From: Octopus sinensis
Lineage: Eukaryota
Length of the DNA: 64,000 nt
Direction of reading: 5' to 3'
Assembly (NCBI RefSeq): GCF_006345805.1
Contig: NC_043006.1
Span: 45,384,001-45,448,000 of the forward strand
Shown here piece by piece: positions 50,001 to 62,299 of the stretch. Every line of letters begins with the position of its first letter. The first letter of the stretch is position 1. The translations under genes were made by a program, and so were the position numbers. Below the pieces are notes generated by a model. It ran no database searches, had not been told where the DNA came from, and saw only the letters and a program-made list of their open reading frames with translations.

Positions 50001-50751
50001 GTGAAAGAGGGCTGGTGACCTTGACATATGCGTGTGTATGGATGATGGTATGGGGCTGGGAGGTGGTCAGTGCTAGTGTGTGCATGGTGGTGTAATGTGA
50101 TGTGGTGTTGTGTGGTATGGTACTTGTTCTATTGGTCTCTTTTGCCAAACTGCTAAGTTACGGGGATGTAAACACACCAGCATCGATTGTCAAGCGATGT
50201 TGGGGGGACAAACACAGACACACAAACATATACATACATAGATTTAAATATATATATTTAAATGTGAGTCAAAAACAAAAAGAAGATAAAGAGAATGAAA
50301 AAGAAGATAAAGAACGAAAGACTATGGAAAGAGAAAAAGCGAAGTAAAAGAAAGAAAAACAAATGGAATGATACTTATTTAATCAACCCCCCGAGGAATG
50401 AAAGCTGAAGTGAACATCTCCACTGGGATGAGATCTCAGAATATTTATTTTTTATTTATTTTATTTATAAAGCATATAAAAAGATAGCCACTGTCTGTGT
50501 CATCACTATAGAAACGATAATGATTTCTCATATTGGCAAAAGGTTACAAATTTGTAAGTGGGAATAAGTCGATTGATGAGAGGCTCAAAGTGAACTCGAA
50601 ATGATTTGAAAACAATATAGGACAGAACAAATCACTAAAAGACATTTAATTCCAGTGCCATGCAGATTTTTACCATACCGTTTCTTTAAGTTAGTTTACA
50701 TGGGACCGGACATGCTTTTTTTTGTGTGTGCTGCCTTAAAATAATCCTTTT

Positions 50752-50935
50752 TATTAAAGGCGCAAGGCCTGAAATTTGGCGAGAGGTAGCTAGTCGAATA
50801 CATAGACTCAAGTGCTCGACTGGTACTCATTTAAACGACACCGAAAGGATGAAAGGCAAAGTCGACTTCGGCGGAATTGGAACTCAGAACGTAGAGTCTC
50901 AAGGCATTTTGCCCGGTGTACTAACAATTCGCCAG
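50752..50935 (-). mobile_element. SINE family B
   Basis: gaaaggatgaaaggcaaagtcgacttcggcggaattggaactcagaacg. Confidence 0.85.
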
Positions 50936-51202
50936 CTCAATACAGAACAGACACAGCAGAGATGGATAGTGTTGCGTAACCAATGTTTGTTTCGTGACAG
51001 GTCACGCTGTTTACTGATTGTCATTTCAAAAAAATGTGGCACAAAATAGGTAGACCCATACTTAGTAAAGATCGAATGCGGAAACTTATTTATATATAAT
51101 AAACTTTACGTTTGCCCCTTTCCTCTGAGGATAAATTGTTTGTTCAACTCGTCAATCTTCAACCTGGAATCGTGCAATTTTTAATTATAGTGCTAACCTC
51201 AC

Positions 51203-51233
51203 CGTCAACTCCCAAACCTAAGAACAAGACCAT
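51203..51233 (-). CDS. Candidate first coding exon MVLFLGLGVD(G|)
   Basis: aaaaATGG context, upstream in-frame stop, strong G|GTGAGG donor, CpG-rich side of a domain boundary. Confidence 0.25.
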
Positions 51234-52009
51234 TTTTCAGACGAGGAATAATACTGAAACAATGTCCTATATGAACAGTAGATGTATGAAACGAATATTT
51301 TAATTATGAAAATTTTATTCCATTACATAAAAGAAAAAGAAGAAACTTTAAGAAAAAAATGAAAGCCAAAATTTAAAAAAAAGTAAAAAAAAAAAAAAGA
51401 AATTGACGAAAAGAAAGGTAGATGAAATGAAAAATCTTGATTGTAACAAAAATACGATATTTATTATTAAGCTAGGGTTTGTTCTAAGAAAACATTTCTA
51501 TTTACTAATTGAAAAGCGAGCAAGATGTGTGTATACATACATAAATGTGTGTATGTATATATGTGTGTGTGTGAACTAGACATAGATAGATGTGAGAGAA
51601 TTTGAATAAGTAGATATATGAAAAAATATTGAGCGCCAAACTGAGGTGTTACTTGAACCCACAACTTTCAGTGAAGGGCTTTATTGAAAAAAATAATGCT
51701 AGAGTTTGAAGTCTTAAGTTTAAAGAATTGATATCCTTGAACTTAATAACATTTTTTAAAATTCTTAATATACTTTTATAACAAAGATATTCTTCGAAAC
51801 TAAATTAACAACTACTAAACAAATAATTTGCCGGTATTTGCAGTCAAAACATTGATTATCATCAAAAATGATATTGTTAAAGGACAAAATGCAAGAGAAA
51901 AATGGAAAATGTTCATATAATTGATAACGTTGTCAAAAATGTCGTGGTGGCTCTTGTTTAGGATATCTGTCAAGTTTCAAGTTAAAAGAATTTAAATGAA
52001 AGAAATGGC

Positions 52010-52511
52010 AGAGAGGAGAAAAGAACGAAAAAGAGGGAAGGGGGAAAAGTTAGAAAGGGAGAGGGTGAGAGATATGAGATACAGAAAAGATCAAGAGAGA
52101 AGGAGGAAAGATGAATAAGTGAGATCGTGAGAAAGAAAGGGATGAGAGACGAGGGAGAGTTAGAGGGTGAAGAAGAGAGAGAAAGAGATAATGTGAGATA
52201 TAGAAAAGATTAAGAGAGGATGAGGAGGAAAGACGAAAAAAGCGAGATCGTGAGAGAGATAGAGAGAGAGAAGGGCGACAGATTAACGTATGACGAGAGG
52301 AAGAGTTGCTGATAGCACAAAGATAAGGATAGAGGCCAAAGTAGTGAGAGAAAAAAAGACAAATATATTACACAGACAATAAGACGGAGTGAAAACGTGA
52401 GACAAAAAAAGAAAAAGACTTCGAGTTGTGATATAGCAAAAACAGGTGACAGAGATAAATATAAAGTGATAGATAGTTAAATTAATATATAGTAAGAGAA
52501 AGAGGAATATG

Positions 52512-52584
<73 letters not shown>

Positions 52585-53450
52585 AATATCTATAGAGAAA
52601 GATACAGAGAATAAAGACAGACACATGGAAGCGGGAGGTATAAGAAAAACCTTAAGAAAGGGGGAAAATAGAAAGTGTATTAAATGAAAGAGGAGATAGC
52701 GAGATTAAAATAGAATGAGAGAGAGAGAGAGTAAATGTAAGGAGAGAGGAAGTCGCTTAAAAAAGTTTAGTGAAGAAAGAAAGACAAAGGGAGAAATGTG
52801 TGAACTGGCAACGAAAAAAAAATCAGTTTTGAAAGAACAGGAAAGTAAAGAATGGAGGAGATGGTGAAAACTGGTCTTTTGTGACAGGAATTATGACTGA
52901 ATAGGTCTTCTGTTGGGAAAGGGAAGAGAAGCAGATAGACATTAAAACTTTAGAGAATGAGAGAAAGGGTAGATAAAGGTGAGGCGGTGTAGAGAAATTG
53001 TAGGAAGAAATTGGAGAGGAAGAGGGGGAAGATAGGAGAGTAAAGTGAGGTATAAAAGAGAGGAAGTAAAAGAGACGAAGAGTATAAAGAGAAATGAGAA
53101 AAGGGTATAAATAAAAAGAGGCAGTGAAAAAAGAAAAGGGAGAAGAAACTCAGAGCGAGAAGGAAGACAAAAAGAGCGAGAGGAAAGAGAAGGAAGGAGG
53201 GAGATTCAGAGAGAGAGAGAGAGAAGAGAGAGAGAGGAGAAAGAAAGCGGGAAAGAGAATGGTCTTAGAAGGAAGATGGATAATGATAGAAAAGTACAAT
53301 GTGACAAATGTGTTATGAAATGTTAGAGAAGGGGAAAAATAAGAGAGACAGCAGACAAACAGAGAGGAATAGAAAATGGGAGTAAAGGAAAGATTAGAAA
53401 AATATCAAAAGTAGGAAAAGCTGTATATATATATAATAAAATGTAAGAGT
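52010..53450 (+). repeat. About 1.4-kb purine-skewed (GA-rich) low-complexity tract
   Basis: Direct reading; interrupted by a (TA)n-(GA)n core near 52515-52580. Confidence 0.85.
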
Positions 53451-53702
53451 GGTACTGATAAGAATGGACAATCTTGAGAGGTCATAAGAAGCGTTGACAA
53501 ACAGATAGATACATAGAGAGTGGGGTTGGATTGGGAAAATAATTTAGAAGGAATAAAAGAAAATTAGAGATTCAAGAGAGATGGTTAAAAAATAGTTTTG
53601 AAAGAACAGGAAAGTAAAGTATGGAGGAGATGGTGAAAGCGATCTGAGAAAAATTTAGACACACACATCTATCTATTTGTAAATGTGTGTATATACATAC
53701 AT

Positions 53703-53821
<119 letters not shown>

Positions 53822-53919
53822 ATATTATTAGTGAATTGAAGAAATGGAGTTGAACAAAGATTGAACAGAAATCTGTTCAATCTTCGTTCAACTCCATTTC
53901 TTCAATTCACTAATAATAT
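53822..53919. repeat. 48-bp-arm palindrome with 2-nt spacer
   Basis: 53822-53869 / 53872-53919, one mismatch. Confidence 0.95.
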
Positions 53920-54077
53920 TAAAATTCAATTATCCGCACCAACGCACGGTTGCAACACCATATGGTTGTACCTCCAACCGTGCTGTCTTCTGCTGTGATT
54001 TTTGCTACCAAGGTTTCGGTTAAACTTTTGATTAATCTGCAACAAGATTATTCATCTTTCTATTTCACAATATATAT

Positions 54078-54184
<107 letters not shown>

Positions 54185-54187
54185 CGC

Positions 54188-55572
54188 GTGCATGGCTTTG
54201 CAACCACACAGTTTCGGGTTCAATCTGACTGCACGGCACCTTGGGCAAGTGAATTCTACAATAGCCACAGGTTGACCAATGCCTTGTGTGTGAATTTGGT
54301 AGATGGAAACTCTGTGTGTGTGCGCGCGTGCGTGCATTGTGGTGACTGTCTTTGTGATTATTTGTCCTCCACACACGGCTAGAAACCAGTGTAGGTTTGT
54401 TTACGTCTCCATAACTTATCGGACCATGGAATAAATGCCCTTAACTTACAGACTTTTAGAATAAGTACCAGACAAAAGCAGACGAACAAACAAAAAAAAA
54501 AAACAAGTACAGGGGTCGATTTCTTTGAGTAGAATTCTTCACACCGGTGCTCCAGCATGGCCGCAGTCCAATTGTAAACAAATAAAAGATAAAGATTTTT
54601 TTTAAATGATTGTATAGTAGTCAGTAAAACTCAAAATAGTAATTTACAGCATTTCTCATACTATTCGTTGGCAGAAACTGAGTGGAATTCCGTCGTGTAT
54701 TGAGCGTGTTTCGTGTTTTCTCCCTCATCAACACCACTTTGGTTTGTTTACATTTCCGTGGAGTAGCAGTTCAGCAAATGGAACCGATAGAATAAATGCT
54801 AAAAAAAAAATACTCTTTTACTTGTTTCAGTCATTTGACTGTGGCCATACTGGAGCGCTGCCTTTAGTCGAGCAAATCGACCCCTAGGACTTATTCTTTG
54901 TAAGCCTAGTATTTATTCTATCAGTCTCTTTTGCCGAGCCGCTAACTTACGGGGATGTAAACACACCACCATCGGTTGTCAAGCGATGGTGGGGGGGACA
55001 AACACAGACACACAAACACGCACACACACATACACATATATACGACGTGCTTCCTTCAGTTTCCGTCTACCAAATCCACTCACAAGGCTTTGGTCGGCCC
55101 AAGGCTATAGTAGAAGGCACTTGCCCAAAGTGCCACTCAGTGGGAATGAACCCGGAACCATGTGGTTGGTAAGCAAGCTACTTACCACACAGCCAGGGTC
55201 GATGTATTTAAGCTCTTCAAGGTGGTCTGAAGCAATTTAAAAGTCTTTGGATTTCTTAAGCTTTGAAGTTGTCTCCTAAGTATTTCGAGGTTTTTTTTTT
55301 TTTCACTTTTTCATCTTTTACTTATTTCTGTCATTGGACTGCGGCCATGCTTGGGCACCATCTTGGAGGCTTTAGTTAAATAAATCGACTCCAGTACTTG
55401 TCTTTTAATTCTGGTACTTATTCTATCGGTCTCATTTGCTGAACAACTAGATGACGGGGACATAAACAAACCCACCCGGGTTGCCAAACGGTTGTAGAGG
55501 ACAAACGAAACACATACGAACACACACACACACATATATACATACATATATATGCAAGCTTTCACAGTTTCT
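54188..55572. mobile_element. Three SINE A copies: about 54188-54592 (+), 54810-55195 (-) and 55310-55572 (-, partial)
   Basis: Family A motifs in each copy. Confidence 0.88.
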
Positions 55573-55587
55573 GTCAACCAATTTTAC

Positions 55588-56220
55588 GGTTAATGTTTAC
55601 TTTAACACCCAAAAAAGCGTAATAGGTGTAAAAAAAATGTGTGTTGAACGATGAGAATAAAAATTTGCGCTAACGAACTGATTATAAAGAAATTTGTGGG
55701 GAAAAAATTTTCCGATGGGTAGAGAAAAGATTGTCTTCCTACCCCCATTAGACTTAACTTTGGTGACCGACAGAACTTGCAGTAATTAATTGAAAACAAA
55801 CAAGGAAGGGATCAGATGGTTGTTAGATGTGCTAAAAACAACAGCTAATTCGCCCATAACTTTTTTTCCATGATGAAACCATATTCAACACCGTATTTAT
55901 GAATTTGATTCTCTCACCATAGTACGTGGGATCTTTTAAAATCCTTTTTTTTTTTATTACTCAAGCGAAAAATAAATGAATCTAAAAATTTTATTTTCAA
56001 ACTTTTTTCCATTACATTGAAACAAAAAAATAATTTATGAATTCCTTTCTCTTCGAAAGTCCTCACCCACCCTCTCGGAAAAAATTCCCCCACACATTTC
56101 TTTATAATCGGTTCATTGGCGCAAAATTTTTTTCCCATATTCGTTTAATAAACATTTTTTTTTTTCACCTATCACACTTTTTTTTGTTTTAGTGGCCGGG
56201 TGTTAAAGTAAAAATTAACC
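55588..56220. mobile_element. MITE with diverged TIRs of about 150 bp and 8-bp TSD
   Basis: Ends ggttaatgtttactttaacaccc / gggtgttaaagtaaaaattaacc; flanks aattttac / aaatttac. Confidence 0.75.
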
Positions 56221-56738
56221 AAATTTACTAACAAGGCATGAATTGGCCCGGGGATATAATAGAATACACATGCCCCGAAGTGGGACTGAAGCCGAAACTT
56301 CGTGGTTGCGAAGTGAGCTGCATAACCACACGGCCACGTCGCTTTACTGGCTCAATTGATTCACGGCGATTTAAAATGGCTACAGTTCGAATGGAAATAT
56401 TGGACAATTAAACACATAACGTTGTTGAGCAGCTTTTACAAGTGGGGCGTGTTCTCGCCAATAAAAATGTGTGTGTAGTGTAGGGCAGTGATTATATGTC
56501 ATTGCAACAATGTATTATTTGGAGATGCTCAGAATATAAAGATGGCAGTTTTTGTGCGATCCTGTATATCTCATGGAAAATCTAAACTGACAATGTCTGT
56601 CGTATTTGAAATTAGCATTGCATACACTTTGTGAGGTTGTAGTGACCTGTTTTATGTCACTGAATGATGAGCAGCAATTTGAGCGTGTAAATAATGAAAT
56701 GATGCCCCACAAAAAGTTCACAAGGAGGAAACTGGGTG

Positions 56739-57146
56739 CAGCGGTGTATTAACCATTAAGCAAAATTAGCACTTTCTTAGGGCGTCAAGGGAAAGAGAGT
56801 ACCACAGAAATGGTAAACGGTTTACGGTACAAAAGAAATCACTTTAAACTTGCTAATATAATATTCGAAATGGTTAATACGATCGGAAATATAATTATCA
56901 AATGCATTACGTAATTTTAATATTGAGGATCTGATCAAAGTAAACACAGTAGAAAACTTTCCAAATATAAATGAAGGGGAAGTGTACAAAAATAAACATT
57001 ATTTTCCCTCTTACTGTTTTGTTTCATTTAGAAAAATAAAATTCATTTTATGTTTTATTATTGTTCATATTTTGAATTATATTTATTTGGAGACACCAAC
57101 ATCATTTAAGTTATTGGAGCCTTCAATGGGTCTTAATCTGGCCCTG
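56739..57146 (+). mobile_element. Non-autonomous hAT element (third copy, no SINE insert)
   Basis: Homologous to 1083-1662; flanks actgggtg / actcggtg. Confidence 0.8.
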
Positions 57147-57489
57147 ACTCGGTGGTTCCAATTATAAAGATCAAATTGACGAAATTTCAATGTCTAAACG
57201 TGGTAGAGCAGTTAAACAATTTGAGGCGTTGGATTTACAGAAATATCCACATACAAAAAGGGATGGCTTCAGCAAGTATCTCCCTCATATTTGCAGTGGC
57301 CTTGGAAGCTGTTATTATCGATAACGTTACATCTATCTCAGCTATTTTTAATCGAAGAATAGCGAAGCTATAATAATCTGGTCAGCTTTGACTACATCTA
57401 TGGAATTGTAAATCATCTTGTCGTTTTGTGGATCCTATCACTGAAGTATGCGCTAGGAATGTTGAAACTTTCTGAACATGCTCAAACAG

Positions 57490-57868
57490 ATGTAAGTACT
57501 ATCTCGAGTGCTAGGGACTCATAGGGCCAGTTACTCGGTTTTCATGGCGTATAAATGACTGAGATCACAACATTTCACCTTAACGGGATGCCAGCCTGTC
57601 GCAGGGTTACTCATTAACAGCCGAGTGGACTGGAGCAACGTGAAACGAAGTGTTTTGTTCAAGAACCTCTCGGTCCGAGAATCGAGACCTCAATGAACCT
57701 CTCGGTCCGAGAATCGAGACCTCAATGAACCTCTCGGTCCGAGAATCGAGACCTCAATGAACCTCTCGGTCCGAGAATCGAGACCTGAATGAACCTCTCG
57801 GTCCGAGAATCGAAACCATAACCTGGTGATCGTGAATACAATTTAACCTCTAGACCACGCGCCTTCGC
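57490..57868 (-). mobile_element. tRNA-derived SINE (family C) with a 32-bp tandem array in its head
   Basis: About 4.7 copies of gaacctctcggtccgagaatcgagacctcaat at 57663-57813. Confidence 0.85.
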
Positions 57869-57894
57869 AAATAACTGACTCAAGTATAAATCAG

Positions 57895-58200
57895 GATCGA
57901 CCAGCGACATGAAGTAGTTTACACAGGCAGAAGGCATTGTACGGACTTCCCGCATTGAGGGAAGCAAAAGACAGTGAATATTCGCTAATGTGGTCAATAT
58001 TCTGCAGTCCCCACTGCGCCTGTCCAACTGGTTCTTTTATGTCTGAGTCTTCCTTGAATGTCTGGTGCCAAGTGTTGTTCGGCCAACCCCTTTTCTGCTT
58101 TTCTTCGGCCGGTGTCCACATCAGTGCAGTCTTTTGTGTGCATGGGCAAAATATGACGTATTAAGCAAAACTGACGTTGCGCCACGATATTTGGCAGCGA
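57895..58200 (-). mobile_element. RTE-clade LINE 3' relic
   Basis: KTALMWTPAEEKQKRGWPNNTWHQTFKED resembles RTE KTALxWTPxxGKRKRGRPKNTW. Confidence 0.75.
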
Positions 58201-58379
58201 CTAGAATTTGCTTTGCGAAGTAATTTCTGGGCTCCTTGTTGAATGGAGTGGGAAATTATCTAATGCTTCAAAAACTGTAATTTCTTTAGATCTGTATGTT
58301 TTAAGCATTGTTGACTCACTTCACATAGATTTTCAGATTTACGTCACGTATAATTTGGAAAGATCATAAATCTCAGATG

Positions 58380-58633
58380 GGTACTACTTAAGAAGAGTGG
58401 TCCCGGTGCGCGCACTCGCATACTCGCGCTAGCTAGTCGTGACTAGTCGATCCTTTCTTTGTGTTTTTGTTTTAATTGCTTTGTTTTAAAAAAATTATTT
58501 ACTTTGTGTAAAAAATTATTTCTTCTGTGTTTTATTTACTTTGCTAGGTAGTCGTTGTAGGATCGACAAGTCACGACTAGCTAGCGCGGATGCGCGAGTG
58601 CGCGCACCGGGACCACTCTTCTTAAGTAGTACC
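58380..58633. mobile_element. MITE with 75-bp CpG-rich TIRs and perfect 9-bp TSD (Merlin- or MULE-like)
   Basis: TIRs 58380-58454 / 58559-58633 (70/75 identical), termini GGTAC...GTACC, TSD TCTCAGATG. Confidence 0.92.
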
Positions 58634-59170
58634 TCTCAGATGTTTAAAACATAGATCTAAAAACGGCAAAAAAAAAATTCAAACGAAAGTCAAAACTGAA
58701 AAATTATAGAGAAGCAGGGGCTTGTCCCTGTCACAACATCTTGCAGATTCATAATCCACGATGCTTTATAACATACAGATCCTAGGAAATTACGGTTTTG
58801 GCGCACTAGATAGTTTCCAACTCTATAGGAAGCAGAACTGTTTTCATTTCTGTGACTTTGAGGGCATCGTTCGTAGTAGAATGCATTCAGTTTCTTTGAC
58901 ATCTTTTACTGTTATTTTCCATGCTTCACTCTATACAGAATTGTTGACTGAAACGTAATGAGAAGTTTACAATTATTGCAGCAAATAATAAGGCTATCGC
59001 TAATAATTACATACTTTAGAACCATTATGCTGAAATTTATACTCGATAATTTGTTGTTTTTGTATAATTTGTATGTTTTAGACTTATTTTTCAGTCAAAA
59101 CAACGTTTGAAAACAAAATTAAAAGAATCAATTTTAGAAAATTCAAATATATATACGTGTGTGTGTGTGC

Positions 59171-59210
<40 letters not shown>

Positions 59211-61585
59211 GTGTGTAACATGTATATACTACATATAACGTGAAGGATTGTTTTTGGGTGTATGCGTACGTATATGTATGTGTGTCTGCGTGCGCTTGCT
59301 AGATACATAAATAGTTTAAAAGTGTGAGAGAGAGAAATGGAGACACTGCGAAAGTGAGAGAGAGACAGATACAACGCAATGGGAAGGGAGTAAAAAAAAA
59401 AAAAGAAGATATTTGTGGGAGAAAAAGAGGCAAATAGATTGACGGAAAGAGCATTTGATGGATTGAAAGAAAGATTTACAGAGGAGAGAGTTTATTTAAC
59501 GGAAAAGACGAAAGAAGTCATTAGAAGTAGGAAAGAACCAAGAGTAATGACTGAGAACAAGCACCAGAGAGAGAAAGGCAGAGACATAGAGAGCGTACGC
59601 GACAACTGTTGAGAGAAATATGGAAAAACATACGTGAAAGCAAAGGATGGCCGCTAAGTGAAATAAGAAGAGAAAATATGCGAAACAGAAACACGAAAAC
59701 AATAATAGAATGAGAAGTAAAATAGAAAAGTAGATAAAGAGTGGTTAGCATCTTCTGGTTCTAGTACTATTTCGTATATCTAATATCTATCTGTAAATTT
59801 GTTTATTTATCCGTCACTTCCACGTGTCTCGTTTTATTCCAATTCGTCCTTTTTTTCTCTTATGATGTCTTATTTTTTATTTATCTGCTTGTTTTGTCTA
59901 CTACGGACGGTATCGACATAGACCAGTAAAACCCATAAGGCCCCCAATCTAGTGTAGAAAAGTGAAGTGTTGTCAGGGAATTTCTGATGATGATTAATGT
60001 AATGACAGTAATTGGGAGTTAATAGAACCTCGATTCACTTCATCTCGATTTAACACATGCAATAGAGTCCATTCTGTTGCAAGCATTCAGATCAAGTCTC
60101 CGGTCTGGGGACAACTTCCTCCCGTCCTAACACCAGTGACGGAGGTCCCGAAGACAGCCGTGGCCGCTGCCTTTTTGTCTCTGAGTCATTAAAAAAAATT
60201 CAGTTTTCTTCACACACATGCTCTCTCTCACCTTTATTTATTTATCTATCTACATACATATGTACACATGCACACAGACATATTTTAGTCAGGAAGCAAG
60301 GCAGTGCCACTGATCCCTCACTTCCACAAAGATTGTTGGGAATGCGTGGGGGGGGGGTATCCTCAAACCAGAGACCTAGCTCTAATGCTTGCAGTAAAAT
60401 GCATTCCGCTAAAGTCACCCAAGATACCAGGTATTGATGTTCAATCGAGCGACTGATCAAGTCTACCGCCCATGTAGGCCATTCCGGAATTTAAACTCCG
60501 AACTTGAAGAGTCGGAACAAATAACGCAAGACATCTGGTCCGACATCATACATGTGTGTGTATATGCACTTCTTAACATCCATACATATTCTACACCGTT
60601 ATTCCCCAGCGAGTGAGTCCTGACAGTACATACATACTCACACACACACATACACACACACTCACTCACACACTCACTCTCACTCATTCACTCACTCACA
60701 TCATTTTCGTCTTCTTCTGCGAGCCAATAAAGAAGCCACTACACAGTCGCTCGATTTGCTAGAAATAGCAACCAAAATTTTCCCCATATACCGAACCTCG
60801 TTAAGGAAAAAACTCAGCAAGGTCGAATTTGAAAATAGACGAAGTTATAATAGATGAAACACTTTCGACTACAGGTCTATTTGATTATGGCAGACATTAG
60901 ACTAAACAACAACAACCTCTTTCCTTTCGCTAATTCTCTTTATCATTTTACAGCCTTTCTGTCGCTCATTTGCTTTTTCTATTCCCTATTTGCTTTTCTA
61001 CTTCGCTTCTCTTTACCTGCTACAATCTTCAATCCATTTCACTGTCTAACATATTGACCTAACCAAACATTTCTTAACTTCTTTTTCCTTCTGATATCCA
61101 AATTCGGTCATTGTCATTATTCAACTATCTCCGTTACTGTCTAATGAAAGTAGCATACTTCACATCCTCCTATTGTTTCCAACCCACGAGTTTTCTTAGG
61201 CAAGAGTTCTTTAACTTTTCATGATTTAAGTCAAATGATGGCTCCTTATGTTCTCATATCCACTCCACCAAACTGTCGAATCACCATCATTAGTTTCCTA
61301 TTAGGTGTTAATATGACTTCAGCATGTCATCAACTTGCTTTTACGTTACATATGGATAGCCATGAACAGAATAGCAAAGAGAATCATAAGAATTTTGTCA
61401 TATTTATTTATAGAAAACGATAATAAAAGAGAGGTTGGCAAAAAACAGCCAAATTTGCTATCAGCTTTTGTGTGTTTATCCTTACCTACGGTTCATGAAC
61501 GTTAGGTAATGACCGAAAGATTGTGATCGCGATCATAATGGAGTTCCTCCGAAGCATCTGTAGCGTAACGTTATTCAGCAGGAAT

Positions 61586-61703
61586 CATCATCATCATTGT
61601 TCGACCGTGGTCGAGACAATGGAATTTACTATGCTACGCCAGACTTCACGGTCCATCATAGCATTACGGAGGTCCTGTTGCTGGATGCCTGTATCCCTGG
61701 ATA
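61586..61703 (-). mobile_element. 118-bp 5'-truncated RTE insertion
   Basis: SRDTGIQQQDLRNAMMDREVWRSIVNSIVSTTVEQ* plus (GAT)n tail; 10-bp TSD CAGCAGGAAT (61576-61585, 61704-61713). Confidence 0.88.
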
Positions 61704-61729
61704 CAGCAGGAATAGTAGTTCAGAGATCA

Positions 61730-62030
61730 GGGAGTCTCCCCAGGTAAAACTGCGACTTCGTATTTTGAGAAGTCACATGTCAGGTATTATGGGCATGTGA
61801 TTAGAATATTGCAGGGAAGAATCACAAGATGGATTCTTCAAGCCGAACCAACCCGCAGGAGACCCACGAAAAACGAGCTGAATAGTCTCAGTTAGTCACG
61901 CTTGGGAATTCAGCCGGAAAGTGTAATGACAGTTGCTTCTCGTACAACCCTATGGATGAAGTGTCAGAGAACTCTACCTCTATGATTCTCCCAAGAATAG
62001 TGGGCGAAGAAGATACATGGATGGCTAATA
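61730..62030 (+). mobile_element. RTE-clade 3' relic
   Basis: VRYYGHVIRILQGRITRWILQAEP.RRRP resembles RTE LRWYGHV...RRPRGRP. Confidence 0.6.
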
Positions 62031-62299
62031 AAGATTGAGCCATACACTCGAAAGTTTCGAGTTGCGTTGTGTTTCTCTATATAGTATCGAATGTTCACTC
62101 GATACTATACAGATGCTATACATATATTTCACATGAGAGAGCATTTGAACTGTTTTGTACGCAACTATTTTAGCTGTTGCCAGAGAGATTTTTAATATCA
62201 AAGAGTCACCTTCGTAGAGAACTTTAAATCGAGTCAGCTTTGCTCAGTCTGTTTTCTATTTCTTTGTCGATTGAGATAGCTATAACTTCGTAAGGACTA

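Noticed and set aside
51108-51162. Exon LKIDELNKQFILRGKGQT just downstream of the 51.2-kb candidate
   Set aside because: The implied intron is only 39 nt and the phases are incompatible
57663-57813. Repeat array resembling CRISPR
   Set aside because: Units are contiguous with no unique spacers, derive from a SINE head, and the context is eukaryotic with no cas genes
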